Of a stretch of DNA of 64,000 nucleotides, positions 25,437-35,255 are shown piece after piece. Within the stretch, counting starts at the first letter, position 1, and each line of letters starts with the position of its first letter. The DNA lies in assembly GCA_944377405.1 (NCBI GenBank), contig CALWES010000005.1, positions 78,901-142,900 on the forward strand, in the 5' to 3' direction. Source of the DNA: an uncultured Lachnospiraceae bacterium (lineage in GTDB: Bacteria > Bacillota > Clostridia > Lachnospirales > Lachnospiraceae). The translations under genes were made by a program, and so were the position numbers. The notes below the pieces were generated by a model. It searched no databases. It was not told where the DNA came from and worked only from the letters and a program-made list of their open reading frames with translations.

Positions 25437-26540
25437 ATGAGAAAAGTATTCCAGACAGCACTTTGTGCGGCTGTAGCTGCATCCATGCTTGCAGCATGCG
25501 GCTCCAGCGAGGAAGCAACTACCACTGCGGCAGCGTCAGCTGAGGAGACCGCTGCAGAGGGTGCGGAAGCATCTGCTGAAGGTGAGACCACTGCAGAGCT
25601 GAAGAAGCTGGACAAGCTGATGGTCAGCTTCGTTCCTTCCCGTGAGCCGGAGGAGATCGTTACGGCAACGGAGCCTCTGAAGCAGCTTCTGAAGGATGAA
25701 ATGAAGAACCAGGGCTATGATGTGGGAGAAGTAGAGATCTCCGTCGGCACCAGCTACGAGGCAGTTGGTGAGGCCCTTACTGCAGGTACCACGGATGTGG
25801 GACTGATCCCGGGCGGCACCTATGTGCTCTATCAGGACGGCGCAGATGTTATCCTGACTGCAACCCGTGACGGACTCAGCATCGATTCCGATGATCCGAA
25901 GGTATGGAACGAGAATAAGCCCACCGAGGCTTCCACAGATCAGGTTACCTATTACCGTGCCCTTATGATCGCAGGCCCCTCCGAGAAAGGTCAGGAGCTT
26001 GGCGCCAAGGTCAACGCCGGTGAGGAGCTTACCTGGGATGATCTGAACAGCGCTAACTGGGCAGTTATGAACTCTTCCTCCTCTGCAGGATATATCTATC
26101 CCACCATCTGGCTCCAGGACAACTACGGAAAGTCCATTACGGATCTGGCTCACGCAGTGCAGTCTGATTCCTACGGATCTTCCTTTGCAAGACTTGCATC
26201 CGGACAGATCGACATCCTCTGCGTATATGCAGACGGCAGAAGAGACTATGAGGATCAGTGGACCAGCGAGTTCGGACGTTCTGCAAGCATCTGGGACGAG
26301 ACTAACGTGATCGGCGTAACTCCCGGAATCTACAACGACACTGTTTCTGTAAGAAGTGATATGGATGAGGACCTCAAGGAGGCCATTGCCAATGCATTCA
26401 TCAATATCGCTCAGACCGAGGAGGGCAAGCAGGTCATTGCGATCTACAGCCACCAGGGATATCAGAAAGCAAAGGCTGAAGACTACGAGAACGAGAAGAA
26501 GGCTCAGGACATCATTAAGGAGATGCAGGCCGCTAACTAA
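25437..26540 (+). CDS. phnD: PhnD-family (phosphate/phosphite/phosphonate-type) ABC substrate-binding lipoprotein
   Basis: Lipobox MLAAC at ATG 25437, then a Ser/Ala/Glu linker. Core VSFVPSREPEE...GTSYEAVGEAL..G..DVGLIPGGTY is typical of the phosphonate-bd family. Confidence 0.75.
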   Translation: MRKVFQTALCAAVAASMLAACGSSEEATTTAAASAEETAAEGAEASAEGETTAELKKLDKLMVSFVPSREPEEIVTATEPLKQLLKDEMKNQGYDVGEVEISVGTSYEAVGEALTAGTTDVGLIPGGTYVLYQDGADVILTATRDGLSIDSDDPKVWNENKPTEASTDQVTYYRALMIAGPSEKGQELGAKVNAGEELTWDDLNSANWAVMNSSSSAGYIYPTIWLQDNYGKSITDLAHAVQSDSYGSSFARLASGQIDILCVYADGRRDYEDQWTSEFGRSASIWDETNVIGVTPGIYNDTVSVRSDMDEDLKEAIANAFINIAQTEEGKQVIAIYSHQGYQKAKAEDYENEKKAQDIIKEMQAAN

Positions 26541-26612
26541 TCGTTTTGGCAGAAATGGGCAGCTGCGGCAAATCATGCAGCTGCCCTTCTTTTTGATTTT
26601 GGAGGGTAAAGT

Positions 26613-27395
26613 ATGATAGAGTTTGATCACGTATCCAAGGTATATCCCAATGGAGTCAAAGGACTCGACGACGTGACGCTTAAGATCGATCAGGGAGAAT
26701 TTGTAGGGATCATAGGCCTTTCCGGCGCCGGTAAGTCCACCCTGATCCGCACCATCAACAAGATGCACGATATCACCCAGGGCACCCTGACGGTGAACGG
26801 AAAGAATGTATCAGAGCTCAAGGGTAAGGAGCTCCGGAAGTTCCGCAGGGGCATTGGAATGATCTTCCAGTCCTTCAACCTGGTAAACCGTACCACGGTT
26901 ATCAAGAACGTACTGACCGCAAAGGTTCCGGAGATGCCCTTCTGGAGGACCCTGCTGGGGGTATACACCAGGGACGAGAAGCTGGAAGCCCTGGAGAACC
27001 TGGATAAGGTGGGGATCCTGGATAAGGCCTACACCAGAGCAGACCAGCTTTCCGGCGGCCAGCAGCAGCGTGTGGCTCTGGCCAGGACCCTGGCCCAGAA
27101 TCCCAAGATCATTCTGGCGGACGAGCCGGTGGCAGCCCTTGATCCCGTGACCGCAAAGCAGGTCATGGATGACTTCAAGAAGGTAAACCGGGAGATGAAC
27201 ATCTCCATCCTGATCAATATCCATCATGTGGAGCTTGCCCTGGAATACGCAGACCGCATCATCGGTATCCGGGCAGGAAAGATCGTCTATGACGGTCCCT
27301 CTTCCGCCGTGACCCAGGAGGTGCTTGACGAGATCTATAAGGGCGGACAGGAGGAAGCTGCTCCGGTTCCGGAGAACGGGGAAAAGGAGGCCTGA
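26613..27395 (+). CDS. phnC: PhnC-type ABC transporter ATP-binding protein
   Basis: Walker A GLSGAGKST, signature LSGGQQQR, Walker B ILADEP. The N-terminus (IEFDHVSKVYPNG) resembles PhnC. Confidence 0.85.
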   Translation: MIEFDHVSKVYPNGVKGLDDVTLKIDQGEFVGIIGLSGAGKSTLIRTINKMHDITQGTLTVNGKNVSELKGKELRKFRRGIGMIFQSFNLVNRTTVIKNVLTAKVPEMPFWRTLLGVYTRDEKLEALENLDKVGILDKAYTRADQLSGGQQQRVALARTLAQNPKIILADEPVAALDPVTAKQVMDDFKKVNREMNISILINIHHVELALEYADRIIGIRAGKIVYDGPSSAVTQEVLDEIYKGGQEEAAPVPENGEKEA

Positions 27396-28234
27396 TGATG
27401 AACACATCTGAAATGAGCCTTTTTGATAAGATCTTCAAGCCGAAGCCCTATCAGCTGCCCAACGGGAAGGTGAGCTATGAGAGAGCCTCCAGGACTCCCC
27501 TGATCCTTCTCCTGCTTCTGATCATGACGGTGATCTCCGTCAAGGTCACGGGCTTCAGCTTTGAGACCCTGGTAAAGCGCGGACACGAGTTCTTTACCAT
27601 CCTGTTTGCCATGTTTCCGCCCAAGTGGAGCTATCTGAACAGCGTCTGGGGTCCCCTCTTCGATACCATCAAGATGTCCCTGCTGGGATCCTTCATCGGA
27701 TCCGTTCTCTGTGTTCCCTTTGCGGTACTGGCAGCCAACAACATCGTAAAAAACAAACTGGTGCTGGCTGTCACCAAGGTGTTCCTGAGCATCATGCGTA
27801 CCCTGCCCACACTGGTAACGGCCCTGATCGCAACCTACATCTTCGGTCTCGGTACCCTGGCAGGAACCACCGCCATCGCCGTATTTACCTTTGCCTATGT
27901 GGGAAAACAGCTCTACGAGATCATCGATACCGTAGACATGGGAGCCTATGAGGCCTGCGAAGCCATGGGACTTTCCAAGCCCCAGGCCCTCTGGCGCTCC
28001 GTGATGCCCCAGGTCCTTCCCACCTACCTCAGCACCTCCCTGTACTGCTTTGAGGGAAATGTACGTTATGCGGCGATCCTGGGATACGTAGGTGCCGGCG
28101 GACTGGGCCTGATCCTGAACGAGAAGATCGGCTGGAGAGAGTACAGCTCCGTGGGCATGATCCTGATCGTGCTGTTCTTCACGGTAGTCCTGATCGAATA
28201 CATCAGCCACTACATCAGAAGCAAGCTTACATAA
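27395..28234 (+). CDS. phnE: PhnE-type ABC permease (1 of 2)
   Basis: Polytopic. The MRTLPTLV and AAILGYVGAGGLG motifs are characteristic of PhnE. Confidence 0.8.
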   Translation: MMNTSEMSLFDKIFKPKPYQLPNGKVSYERASRTPLILLLLLIMTVISVKVTGFSFETLVKRGHEFFTILFAMFPPKWSYLNSVWGPLFDTIKMSLLGSFIGSVLCVPFAVLAANNIVKNKLVLAVTKVFLSIMRTLPTLVTALIATYIFGLGTLAGTTAIAVFTFAYVGKQLYEIIDTVDMGAYEACEAMGLSKPQALWRSVMPQVLPTYLSTSLYCFEGNVRYAAILGYVGAGGLGLILNEKIGWREYSSVGMILIVLFFTVVLIEYISHYIRSKLT

Positions 28235-28246
28235 GGAGGAACGGCA

Positions 28247-29071
28247 ATGAACAGAGACAGGATTTCAAAAGAAATAGAAGAAACCTATGCAAAGGAGCCA
28301 AAGACCTTTGCCTTAAAGCTGGGGATCGCATTTATCGTGGTACTGCTTCTGGCCTGGTCCTCCTCCACCATGGAGATCGCGGACTCGGGACTGGACGGCA
28401 TGAAGATCGCAGCCGGTATCGTAAATGGTATCTTCCATCCGGATACGGAGCTGCTTTTTGACCCCACCACCCAGGGCGTTGGATATCTGCTTCTGGAGAC
28501 CGTCTGCATCGCCTTTCTCGGCACCATCGTAGGCGCCATCCTGGCAGTGCCCCTGGCCTTTATCTCTGCCACCAACATCGTTCCGAAGCCGGTGGCTGTG
28601 GTAGGCCGTGTCTTCATCATGGCAGTACGTACCATCCCCGCCTTCGTATACGGACTGATGTTCATCCGTGTAACGGGCCCGGGACCCTTCGCGGGACTTC
28701 TGACCATGTCCCTTTGTTCCATCGGCATGGTCTGCAAGATGTATATCGAATATATCGAGGACATGGACACCCGGATCCTGGAGTCCCTGGATGCAGCAGG
28801 CTGCAACCTGTTCCAGAAGATCCGCTACGGCATCCTGCCCCAGCTTTTCCCGGATTTCGTATCCACCATCATTTACCGTTTCGACATCAACCTGAGAGAC
28901 GCTACGGTGCTGGGACTTGTGGGAGCCGGCGGTATCGGTGCGCCTCTGATCTTCGCCATGAACTCCTACCGGTGGAATGAGGTCGGCGCGATCCTCTGCG
29001 GACTGATCGTACTGATCCTGATCATCGAGGTGCTTTCCACAAAGATCAGAACAAAACTTGCAAGAGGATAA
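28247..29071 (+). CDS. phnE: PhnE-type ABC permease (2 of 2)
   Basis: AVRTIPAFVY and ATVLGLVGAGGIG motifs. Paralogue of the preceding gene. Confidence 0.8.
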   Translation: MNRDRISKEIEETYAKEPKTFALKLGIAFIVVLLLAWSSSTMEIADSGLDGMKIAAGIVNGIFHPDTELLFDPTTQGVGYLLLETVCIAFLGTIVGAILAVPLAFISATNIVPKPVAVVGRVFIMAVRTIPAFVYGLMFIRVTGPGPFAGLLTMSLCSIGMVCKMYIEYIEDMDTRILESLDAAGCNLFQKIRYGILPQLFPDFVSTIIYRFDINLRDATVLGLVGAGGIGAPLIFAMNSYRWNEVGAILCGLIVLILIIEVLSTKIRTKLARG

Positions 29072-29073
29072 AC

Positions 29074-30654
29074 ATGAAACGAAAACTGCAGATCTGCTTT
29101 ACATCGGACATCCACGGCTATCTGTATCCTGAGACCTATGCAGATAAGAGCCGGACGCCCCTGGGACTTCTGGCGGGGATGCGCCGCTATAAGAAGGACG
29201 GGAACACCCTGATCCTGGACGGCGGCGACATGCTGCAGGGCTCGGCCCTTGCCATGTACTGCCAGAAGTTCCAAAAGGACCCTTCTGCCCTGGCGGAGGC
29301 CATGAACCGGGCAGGCTATGACTTCGTCACCATTGGAAATCACGATTTCAACTACGGTTATGAATATCTGACCGCTTATCTGCGGAAGCTCAGGGCACAG
29401 GTCCTCTGTGCCAATGTGAAGCTTATGCGGGAGGCGGACCGGGAACTGATCCGGCCCTATGAGATCGTGACCCTGGAAAACGGCCTCAGAGTCGCCGTGA
29501 TCGGCATCGTAACGGACTATGTGAATGTGTGGGAGCAGCCGGAGAACCTGAGGGAGATCCGGGTGACGGATCCCTTTGAGGCACTGAAGGAGGCCCTTTC
29601 CGAGATCGGAGACCGGGCGGACCTTAAGGTCTGTATCTATCACGGAGGCTATGAGGCGGACCTTGCCACAGGCCGGATCCTGAGCACCACCGGAGAGGAC
29701 GTGGGCTATCGGATCTGCAGGGAGCTTCCTCTGGATATCCTGCTGACGGGACATCAGCACATCCCCTTCCCGGGAAAATGGATCAGCGGTACCTATACTG
29801 CCCAGACCCCGGACAAGCTCAGGAGCTTCCTTTCCCTTGAGGCAGAGGTATCTGAGGGGGAACGGAGGCAGCAGGCGGGTTCGGAGGAGCCCTCCGGGCT
29901 CGCCATAAGGGCTGCCCTGATCTCTCCGGAGGTATCGGAGGAAGGGGTGCTGACAGACCGGGAAATGGAAGCCCGGCTGCAGCCTCTGGAGGACCGGGTC
30001 CAGGAATGGCTGGATCAGCCTCTGGGAAGGCTGGACCGTCCTCTGCCGCCGGATACCAAGATCCGCATGGCGGTACAGGGATCGCCCATTGCAGACTTCG
30101 TAAACCAGATCCAGCTGGACTGCAGCAAGGCCCAGATCGCCTGCTGCGGCCTGGCCAATGAACTGGGGGGCTTTGACCGGGAGGTGACCACCCGCTCCGT
30201 CATCGCTTCCTACCCTTATCCCAACACCCTTCTGGTGCTCAGGATCGACGGAGCCACCCTTCGGAAGGCCCTGGAACGGACGGCGGAATATTTTCAGCCG
30301 GATCCGGAAGCAGAAGGGGGGATCCGGGTGGCGGACAGCTTCCTGAAGCCCAAGGTAGAGCACTATAACTACGACTATTTTGCAGGGATCCATTATGTGA
30401 TCGACGCAAAAAAGCCCCAGGGAGAGCGGATCGTCTCCCTGGAGTATGAGGGACGCCCCATAGGGGATACGGATACCTTTACCCTTTGCATCAACAATTA
30501 CCGGGCCTCCGGAGCCGGCGGCTATGAGATGTACCGGGGCCTTCCGGTGCTGCAGGAGATCAACCGGGAGATGACAGAGATCATCATCGACTATCTGGAA
30601 CAGCATCCGGTGGTGGAGGTACCGGAGCAGAAGGCCTATGAGGTGAGATTTTAA
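29074..30654 (+). CDS. Bifunctional metallophosphatase / 5'-nucleotidase-family protein, no signal peptide
   Basis: TSDIHG, GGDMLQG and GNHDFNYG metallophosphoesterase motifs plus a 5'-nucleotidase C-terminal substrate-binding domain. The N-terminus MKRKLQICFT is not a signal sequence. Confidence 0.8.
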   Translation: MKRKLQICFTSDIHGYLYPETYADKSRTPLGLLAGMRRYKKDGNTLILDGGDMLQGSALAMYCQKFQKDPSALAEAMNRAGYDFVTIGNHDFNYGYEYLTAYLRKLRAQVLCANVKLMREADRELIRPYEIVTLENGLRVAVIGIVTDYVNVWEQPENLREIRVTDPFEALKEALSEIGDRADLKVCIYHGGYEADLATGRILSTTGEDVGYRICRELPLDILLTGHQHIPFPGKWISGTYTAQTPDKLRSFLSLEAEVSEGERRQQAGSEEPSGLAIRAALISPEVSEEGVLTDREMEARLQPLEDRVQEWLDQPLGRLDRPLPPDTKIRMAVQGSPIADFVNQIQLDCSKAQIACCGLANELGGFDREVTTRSVIASYPYPNTLLVLRIDGATLRKALERTAEYFQPDPEAEGGIRVADSFLKPKVEHYNYDYFAGIHYVIDAKKPQGERIVSLEYEGRPIGDTDTFTLCINNYRASGAGGYEMYRGLPVLQEINREMTEIIIDYLEQHPVVEVPEQKAYEVRF

Positions 30655-30673
30655 GGTTTAAAACCTGTTGGGG

Positions 30674-30718
30674 ATAACCCACTCAAACCCTGAGAAAGGG
30701 GGAGAGTGGGTTATTTTT
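30674..30718 (+). terminator. Terminator after the phn-like operon (overlaps the 3' end of the convergent pucR-like gene)
   Basis: ATAACCCACTC / GAGTGGGTTAT 11-bp stem followed by TTTTGTTT. Confidence 0.75.
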
Positions 30719-32012
30719 GTTTGGTCCGGGCCTCCCCGGGCCTGTCCCCCAGGGAAGGATCCAGGGAAAGGAGCTGGGCGCTGCAGAGAAGATTCAGCAT
30801 GGCCTGGGTATTTTCCATGGGAACGGAGAAGAGCTCCTGGATCCGGGTGAGCCGGTACTGCAGGGTGTTCTTATGGATATGGAGGGCTGCGGCCGCCCGG
30901 TCCTTGTCCTTAAGCTGCAGCAGGTAGGTGCAGAGGGTCTTCTCATATTCCGTGCCGAACTGCCGGTCATGGTCCCGGATCTGGAAGATCACGGGATGGA
31001 TGAAGGCATAGCCCAGCCGGGCCTTCAGCAGGGTGCCGAAGACAGGGTAGGGCATCAGATCCAGGAACACCGCCCGCTCCTGAAAATGGATGTCCCGGGC
31101 CAGACGGGCAGAGACCAGTGCCTGATGATAATGGTCCCGGAGCCGGAGCAGGTTCCGGAAGCTGGTGCTTAAGCCTGGGCGGAGGCCCTGGGCCTCAAAG
31201 AATTCGAAGAGCTCCCGGCAGATCCGGTTATTTTCAGGCCGGAGCACCGGCTCCGTGGGGGAATAGCGGACCTCCCCCATAAGCACCACAAAGGCGTGGG
31301 CGTGGTAGAGGAAGACGGCCTTCCGATACCGCTGCTGCAGTTCTGTGATCAGGGAGGAGGCGGCAGCCTGCTGGGCTGCCCTGTGGTCGGCGGGGGCCAC
31401 CAGCATGGCGTAGCGCCCGGGGATCCCTGCGGAGATGGCCTGGGCAGCGGCTCTGGCCACGTGCTCCGGCGTCCCTGAGGTCAGAAGCTCCTGCAGCCTC
31501 TGGGACATGGAGCTGCCCCACAGGTCCCGGACGGAATTGGAAAGGGACAGCTGCAGGCTGATGAAACGGATCACCAGGGAGGTCAGCCGGAGGTCCTCGG
31601 GACAGCAGGACTGTTTTCCAAGGCAGACCATAAGGTGGCCCCGGACCGTATCCTTCTGGATCACCTCTCCCAGGATCAGGGGTTCCCCGGAGCAGATCCC
31701 TTCCCGGGTATAGAAGGGCTCATAAAAATCGCTGTCTCCGGAGGTGTGTTCCTTAAGGACCTGCCAGATGACCCGCTCATTGAGACAGCAGTTTCTCACC
31801 ATACAGCGGAGCTCCGGAATGGCCTCCGGGTCCTTGGGACAGGAATCGATGATCCGGAAATGCTCATCCACCAGGATCAGGGGACAGGAAAAGATCCGGC
31901 CGGCGGTCTCCATGATGCTGCGGAGCCCGCCCCGTTCCATGGCTGCGGATAATTCCCAGTTTGCCTGAAGGAGCCTTTCAGAAGGGGTCTTTGGATAGGA
32001 TACAGGTGGCAT
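30711..32012 (-). CDS. PucR/CdaR-family transcriptional regulator
   Basis: C-terminal PucR-type HTH (AAAALHIHKNTLQYRLTRIQELF). Divergent from the adh gene. Confidence 0.8.
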   Translation of the reverse strand: MPPVSYPKTPSERLLQANWELSAAMERGGLRSIMETAGRIFSCPLILVDEHFRIIDSCPKDPEAIPELRCMVRNCCLNERVIWQVLKEHTSGDSDFYEPFYTREGICSGEPLILGEVIQKDTVRGHLMVCLGKQSCCPEDLRLTSLVIRFISLQLSLSNSVRDLWGSSMSQRLQELLTSGTPEHVARAAAQAISAGIPGRYAMLVAPADHRAAQQAAASSLITELQQRYRKAVFLYHAHAFVVLMGEVRYSPTEPVLRPENNRICRELFEFFEAQGLRPGLSTSFRNLLRLRDHYHQALVSARLARDIHFQERAVFLDLMPYPVFGTLLKARLGYAFIHPVIFQIRDHDRQFGTEYEKTLCTYLLQLKDKDRAAAALHIHKNTLQYRLTRIQELFSVPMENTQAMLNLLCSAQLLSLDPSLGDRPGEARTKQK

Positions 32013-32252
32013 GGTCCGTACCTCCTTTTATAATCTTGCAGCGCCGAAGGGGCTTTTCTCCATTGTACAGGACTCTGTCCGGAAGAACAAGAAGTATTTG
32101 TGAAAATAAACAAAAGCATGCATATATCTTGTTAGATATAACAGGACAACAGGAGCTGCCCTGCCCTATAATGCTGGTAAAGGAAGGGCATGGTCCCTTC
32201 AGAGAAACAGCAAATAATTACAGACAAATATAAGATTATGGAGGGACAAAAC

Positions 32253-33314
32253 ATGAAGGGTTATGCAATGCTGAAGATCGGTGAATCCGGATGGATCGAG
32301 AAGGAAAGGCCTCAGTGCGGGCCCCAGGACGCCATCTGCCGTCCTCTGGCAGTGGCCATCTGTACCTCTGATGTCCATACCCTCTGGGAGGGAGCCATCG
32401 GTGACCGCCACAATATGATCCTGGGCCACGAGTGCTGTGCCGAGGTCGTGGAGGTAGGAGAGCTGGTGAAGGACTTCAAGCCAGGTGACCGGGTCCTGGT
32501 ACCGGCCATTACGCCGGACTGGAATTCCCTGGAGGCTCAGGCAGGCTATGCCATGCACTCCGGCGGTATGCTGGCAGGCTGGAAGTTCTCAAACTTCAAG
32601 GACGGCGTATTCTCCGAGTATTTCCATGTAAATGATGCAGACGGCAACCTGGCTCTCCTGCCGGAAAACATCTCTCCCGTGGACGCCTGCATGCTGTCGG
32701 ATATGGTGCCCACAGGCTTCCATGGCGTGGAGCTGGCGGACGTTCAGTTCGGCGATACGGTGCTGGTGATCGGCATCGGTCCCGTGGGACTTATGGCAGT
32801 GGCAGGGGCAAACTTAAGAGGTGCCTCCAGGATCATTGCAGTAGGTACCAGACCCAAGTGTGTGGAGGCGGCAAAGGGCTACGGAGCAACGGATTTCATC
32901 AGCTATAAGGACGGCCCCATCGAGGAGCAGGTGCTGGCCATGACCGGAGGAAAGGGCGTGGACAAGGTGGTGATCGCCGGCGGAAACGTGGATACCTTTG
33001 AACCGGCAGTCAAGGCCTTAAAGCCCGGCGGAAAGATCGGAAATGTCAACTATCTGGGAAAGGGAACCTATATCTCCATCCCCAGGACGGAATGGGGCGT
33101 AGGCATGGGCCACAAGCAGATCAACGGAGGCCTTATGCCCGGCGGACGCCTTAGAATGGAAAAGCTGGGAGCTCTGGTAGCCTCCGGCAGACTGGATGTC
33201 CATCCTCTGGCAACCCATGTATTTGACGGCTGGGAGCATCTGGAGGAGGCCCTCTTCCTGATGCGGGACAAGCCGGCGGATCTGATCAAGCCCGTGGTAA
33301 AGATCGCAGATTAA
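32253..33314 (+). CDS. adh: NADP-dependent zinc secondary-alcohol dehydrogenase (TbADH/CbADH-like)
   Basis: MKGYAMLKIGESGWIEKERP...PLAVAICTSDVHT...NMILGHE...KDFKPGDRVLVPAITPDW closely parallels Thermoanaerobacter/Clostridium secondary ADHs. Zn ligands Cys37, His59 and Asp150 are conserved. GIGPVG Rossmann motif. Confidence 0.88.
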   Translation: MKGYAMLKIGESGWIEKERPQCGPQDAICRPLAVAICTSDVHTLWEGAIGDRHNMILGHECCAEVVEVGELVKDFKPGDRVLVPAITPDWNSLEAQAGYAMHSGGMLAGWKFSNFKDGVFSEYFHVNDADGNLALLPENISPVDACMLSDMVPTGFHGVELADVQFGDTVLVIGIGPVGLMAVAGANLRGASRIIAVGTRPKCVEAAKGYGATDFISYKDGPIEEQVLAMTGGKGVDKVVIAGGNVDTFEPAVKALKPGGKIGNVNYLGKGTYISIPRTEWGVGMGHKQINGGLMPGGRLRMEKLGALVASGRLDVHPLATHVFDGWEHLEEALFLMRDKPADLIKPVVKIAD

Positions 33315-33356
33315 GCATTTCCTCCGGGAGAATAAAGAAGGCAGGAGAAAACAGGT

Positions 33357-34370
33357 ATGAAGATCCTCATCATCTCCGGCTTCCTGGGAGCCGGGAAAAC
33401 CACTTTCATAAAGGAACTGGCAAAGCGTACCGGCAGGGACTTTGCGATCCTGGAGAACGAATACGGAGCCATCGACATCGATGGCTCCCTTCTGAAACAG
33501 GAGAAGGGAGAAAGGGATCTGCGGATCTGGGAGATGACGGAGGGTTGTATCTGCTGCTCCGTAAAATCTGATTTCGCAGGCTCCGTCCTTACCATTGCCA
33601 ATGCCCTGGACCCGGAATATCTGGTGGTGGAGCCCACGGGAGTCGGCATGCTGAGCCGGATCATCGATAACCTGAGGCAGATCCAGTATGACAGGATCAG
33701 CCTTCTGCAGCCCGTAACCGTGGCAGACGCCAGGCATCTGCAGGAGATGCTCCGGGAATATCCGGAGATCTGCCGTGATCAGCTCTCTGCGGCAGGAACG
33801 GTGGCACTCTCCAAATGCGAGGGCATGGCGGAGGAGTCCCTTCGCCCCCTGCTTGAGGAGATCCGCAGGATCGCTCCGAAGGCCCGTGTTACGGAGGGCC
33901 ATTACAGGGACCAGGGAGAGGATTTCTGGAAAGGGCTTCTGGAGCTGTCTCTTTCCGGAGAGGTTATCCCGGAGGCAAAGGCCGGGGAAGAGGAGATGCC
34001 GGAGCATTTTGGCCTGCAGGGTGTCAGACTTCCCGGAGAAACGGAACTTCTGCTGTTCCTGGAGGGACTGGTATCCGGCGTTTTCGGAAGGGTGGCCAGA
34101 GCAAAGGGCTATTTCCCGGCAGGGGAGACCTGGCTTCGCTTTGACGTGGTGGAGGGCCAGTATTCGATTACAGGCTGTCCGCCCATGGAGGACCGGAGGG
34201 CCATATTTATCGGAAAGGATCTGCGGAAGGATCTTCTGAGAGAGGCGCTTTTGCAGGACTTTTTTGACCTTGCTGGCCCGGAGATCTGGCAGAGAAAAAG
34301 AACCCCCGGAAGGCGGCTGTCCGCAGCATCTTTACAAAATCGTAATAAGTTTGTCAGGAAAATGGCTTGA
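33357..34370 (+). CDS. COG0523/CobW-family G3E GTPase (putative metallochaperone)
   Basis: P-loop GFLGAGKTT, metal motif EGCICCS, CobW C-terminal domain. Confidence 0.85.
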   Translation: MKILIISGFLGAGKTTFIKELAKRTGRDFAILENEYGAIDIDGSLLKQEKGERDLRIWEMTEGCICCSVKSDFAGSVLTIANALDPEYLVVEPTGVGMLSRIIDNLRQIQYDRISLLQPVTVADARHLQEMLREYPEICRDQLSAAGTVALSKCEGMAEESLRPLLEEIRRIAPKARVTEGHYRDQGEDFWKGLLELSLSGEVIPEAKAGEEEMPEHFGLQGVRLPGETELLLFLEGLVSGVFGRVARAKGYFPAGETWLRFDVVEGQYSITGCPPMEDRRAIFIGKDLRKDLLREALLQDFFDLAGPEIWQRKRTPGRRLSAASLQNRNKFVRKMA

Positions 34371-34430
34371 ATTTATTCCCTCTTTTAAGGTATACTTTCT
34401 TCTGTTGTGAAAAGATAAGGGAGAAAGAGA

Positions 34431-35060
34431 TTGAAGGGAAGAAAGAAAGCTTTATTATTCGGAATCAGTATTTTTACACTTACATTTGGCGGGAATGCCC
34501 TGCCGGCCAGAGCGGACGTGGTTTCTGCTCCGGTTTCGGCCCAGAGCTCCGGCATTTACTGCATCGGCGGAGATATCGCCCAGGCCGGTGAGGAGCTGGC
34601 AGTGGAAGCAGCCATGATCACGGAGGCCCCGATACCGGCAGCGGAAGCGGCTGCAGCAGCGGAGACCGCAGTGGTCCTGCAGGCACCTCCGGTGCTTGCA
34701 CAGCAGAGCAGCGGCATGGGACAGCAGGTAGTGGATTTTGCCCTGCAGTTTGTGGGCAACCCCTATGAATACGGCGGAACAAGCCTTACGGATGGAGCGG
34801 ACTGCTCCGGTTTCGTGATGAGCGTTTATGAGCACTTCGGTATATCCCTGCCCCACAGCTCGGCACAGCTTGCCCACGTGGGAACGGATGTGGGCAGGAG
34901 CCTGTCCAACGCACAGCCGGGGGATCTCATCTGCTACAGCGGACATGTGGGGATCTATATCGGGAACGGACAGATCGTCCATGCCAGCACGGAGAGCACG
35001 GGGATCAAGGTATCCAGCGCTTCCTATAAGACCATCAAGGCCATTCGCAGGGTGATCTGA
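34431..35060 (+). CDS. Secreted NlpC/P60 (C40) cell-wall peptidase
   Basis: TTG start after GGGAGAAAGAG. Signal peptide, Ala-rich linker, catalytic DCSGFV...GHVGIYIGNGQIVHA. Confidence 0.85.
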   Translation: MKGRKKALLFGISIFTLTFGGNALPARADVVSAPVSAQSSGIYCIGGDIAQAGEELAVEAAMITEAPIPAAEAAAAAETAVVLQAPPVLAQQSSGMGQQVVDFALQFVGNPYEYGGTSLTDGADCSGFVMSVYEHFGISLPHSSAQLAHVGTDVGRSLSNAQPGDLICYSGHVGIYIGNGQIVHASTESTGIKVSSASYKTIKAIRRVI

Positions 35061-35107
35061 TCGTCTTCGGGCGATCCTGGCCCGGAACATGACAGTGGAT
35101 AAGAACG

Positions 35108-35157
35108 TACAGAGAGGACCTTCTCTTATGGAGAAAGCCTCTCTGTATTTTATTTTC
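35108..35157 (+). terminator. Rho-independent terminator after the NlpC/P60 gene
   Basis: TACAGAGAGG...CCTCTCTGTA hairpin followed by TTTTATTTT. Confidence 0.8.
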
Positions 35158-35255
35158 CATACCTGGAAAATATGATATAATGAGCCTTATAGAGCTCCGT
35201 GCTTGCACAGGGGGCCTTATAAAGCAAGACAGAGAGTCAGAAAAGGAGGAGAGGT

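Noticed and set aside
25536-30606. Long - strand ORFs (410 aa at 25536-26768, 291 aa at 27335-28210, 546 aa at 28966-30606)
   Set aside because: All lie antisense to the phnD/C/E/E and 5'-nucleotidase genes, which carry diagnostic motifs. Their translations have biased composition and no recognisable domains.
34371-34430. Possible cyclic-di-AMP (ydaO-type) riboswitch upstream of the NlpC/P60 gene
   Set aside because: The intergenic region is only 60 nt and lacks the conserved ydaO elements.
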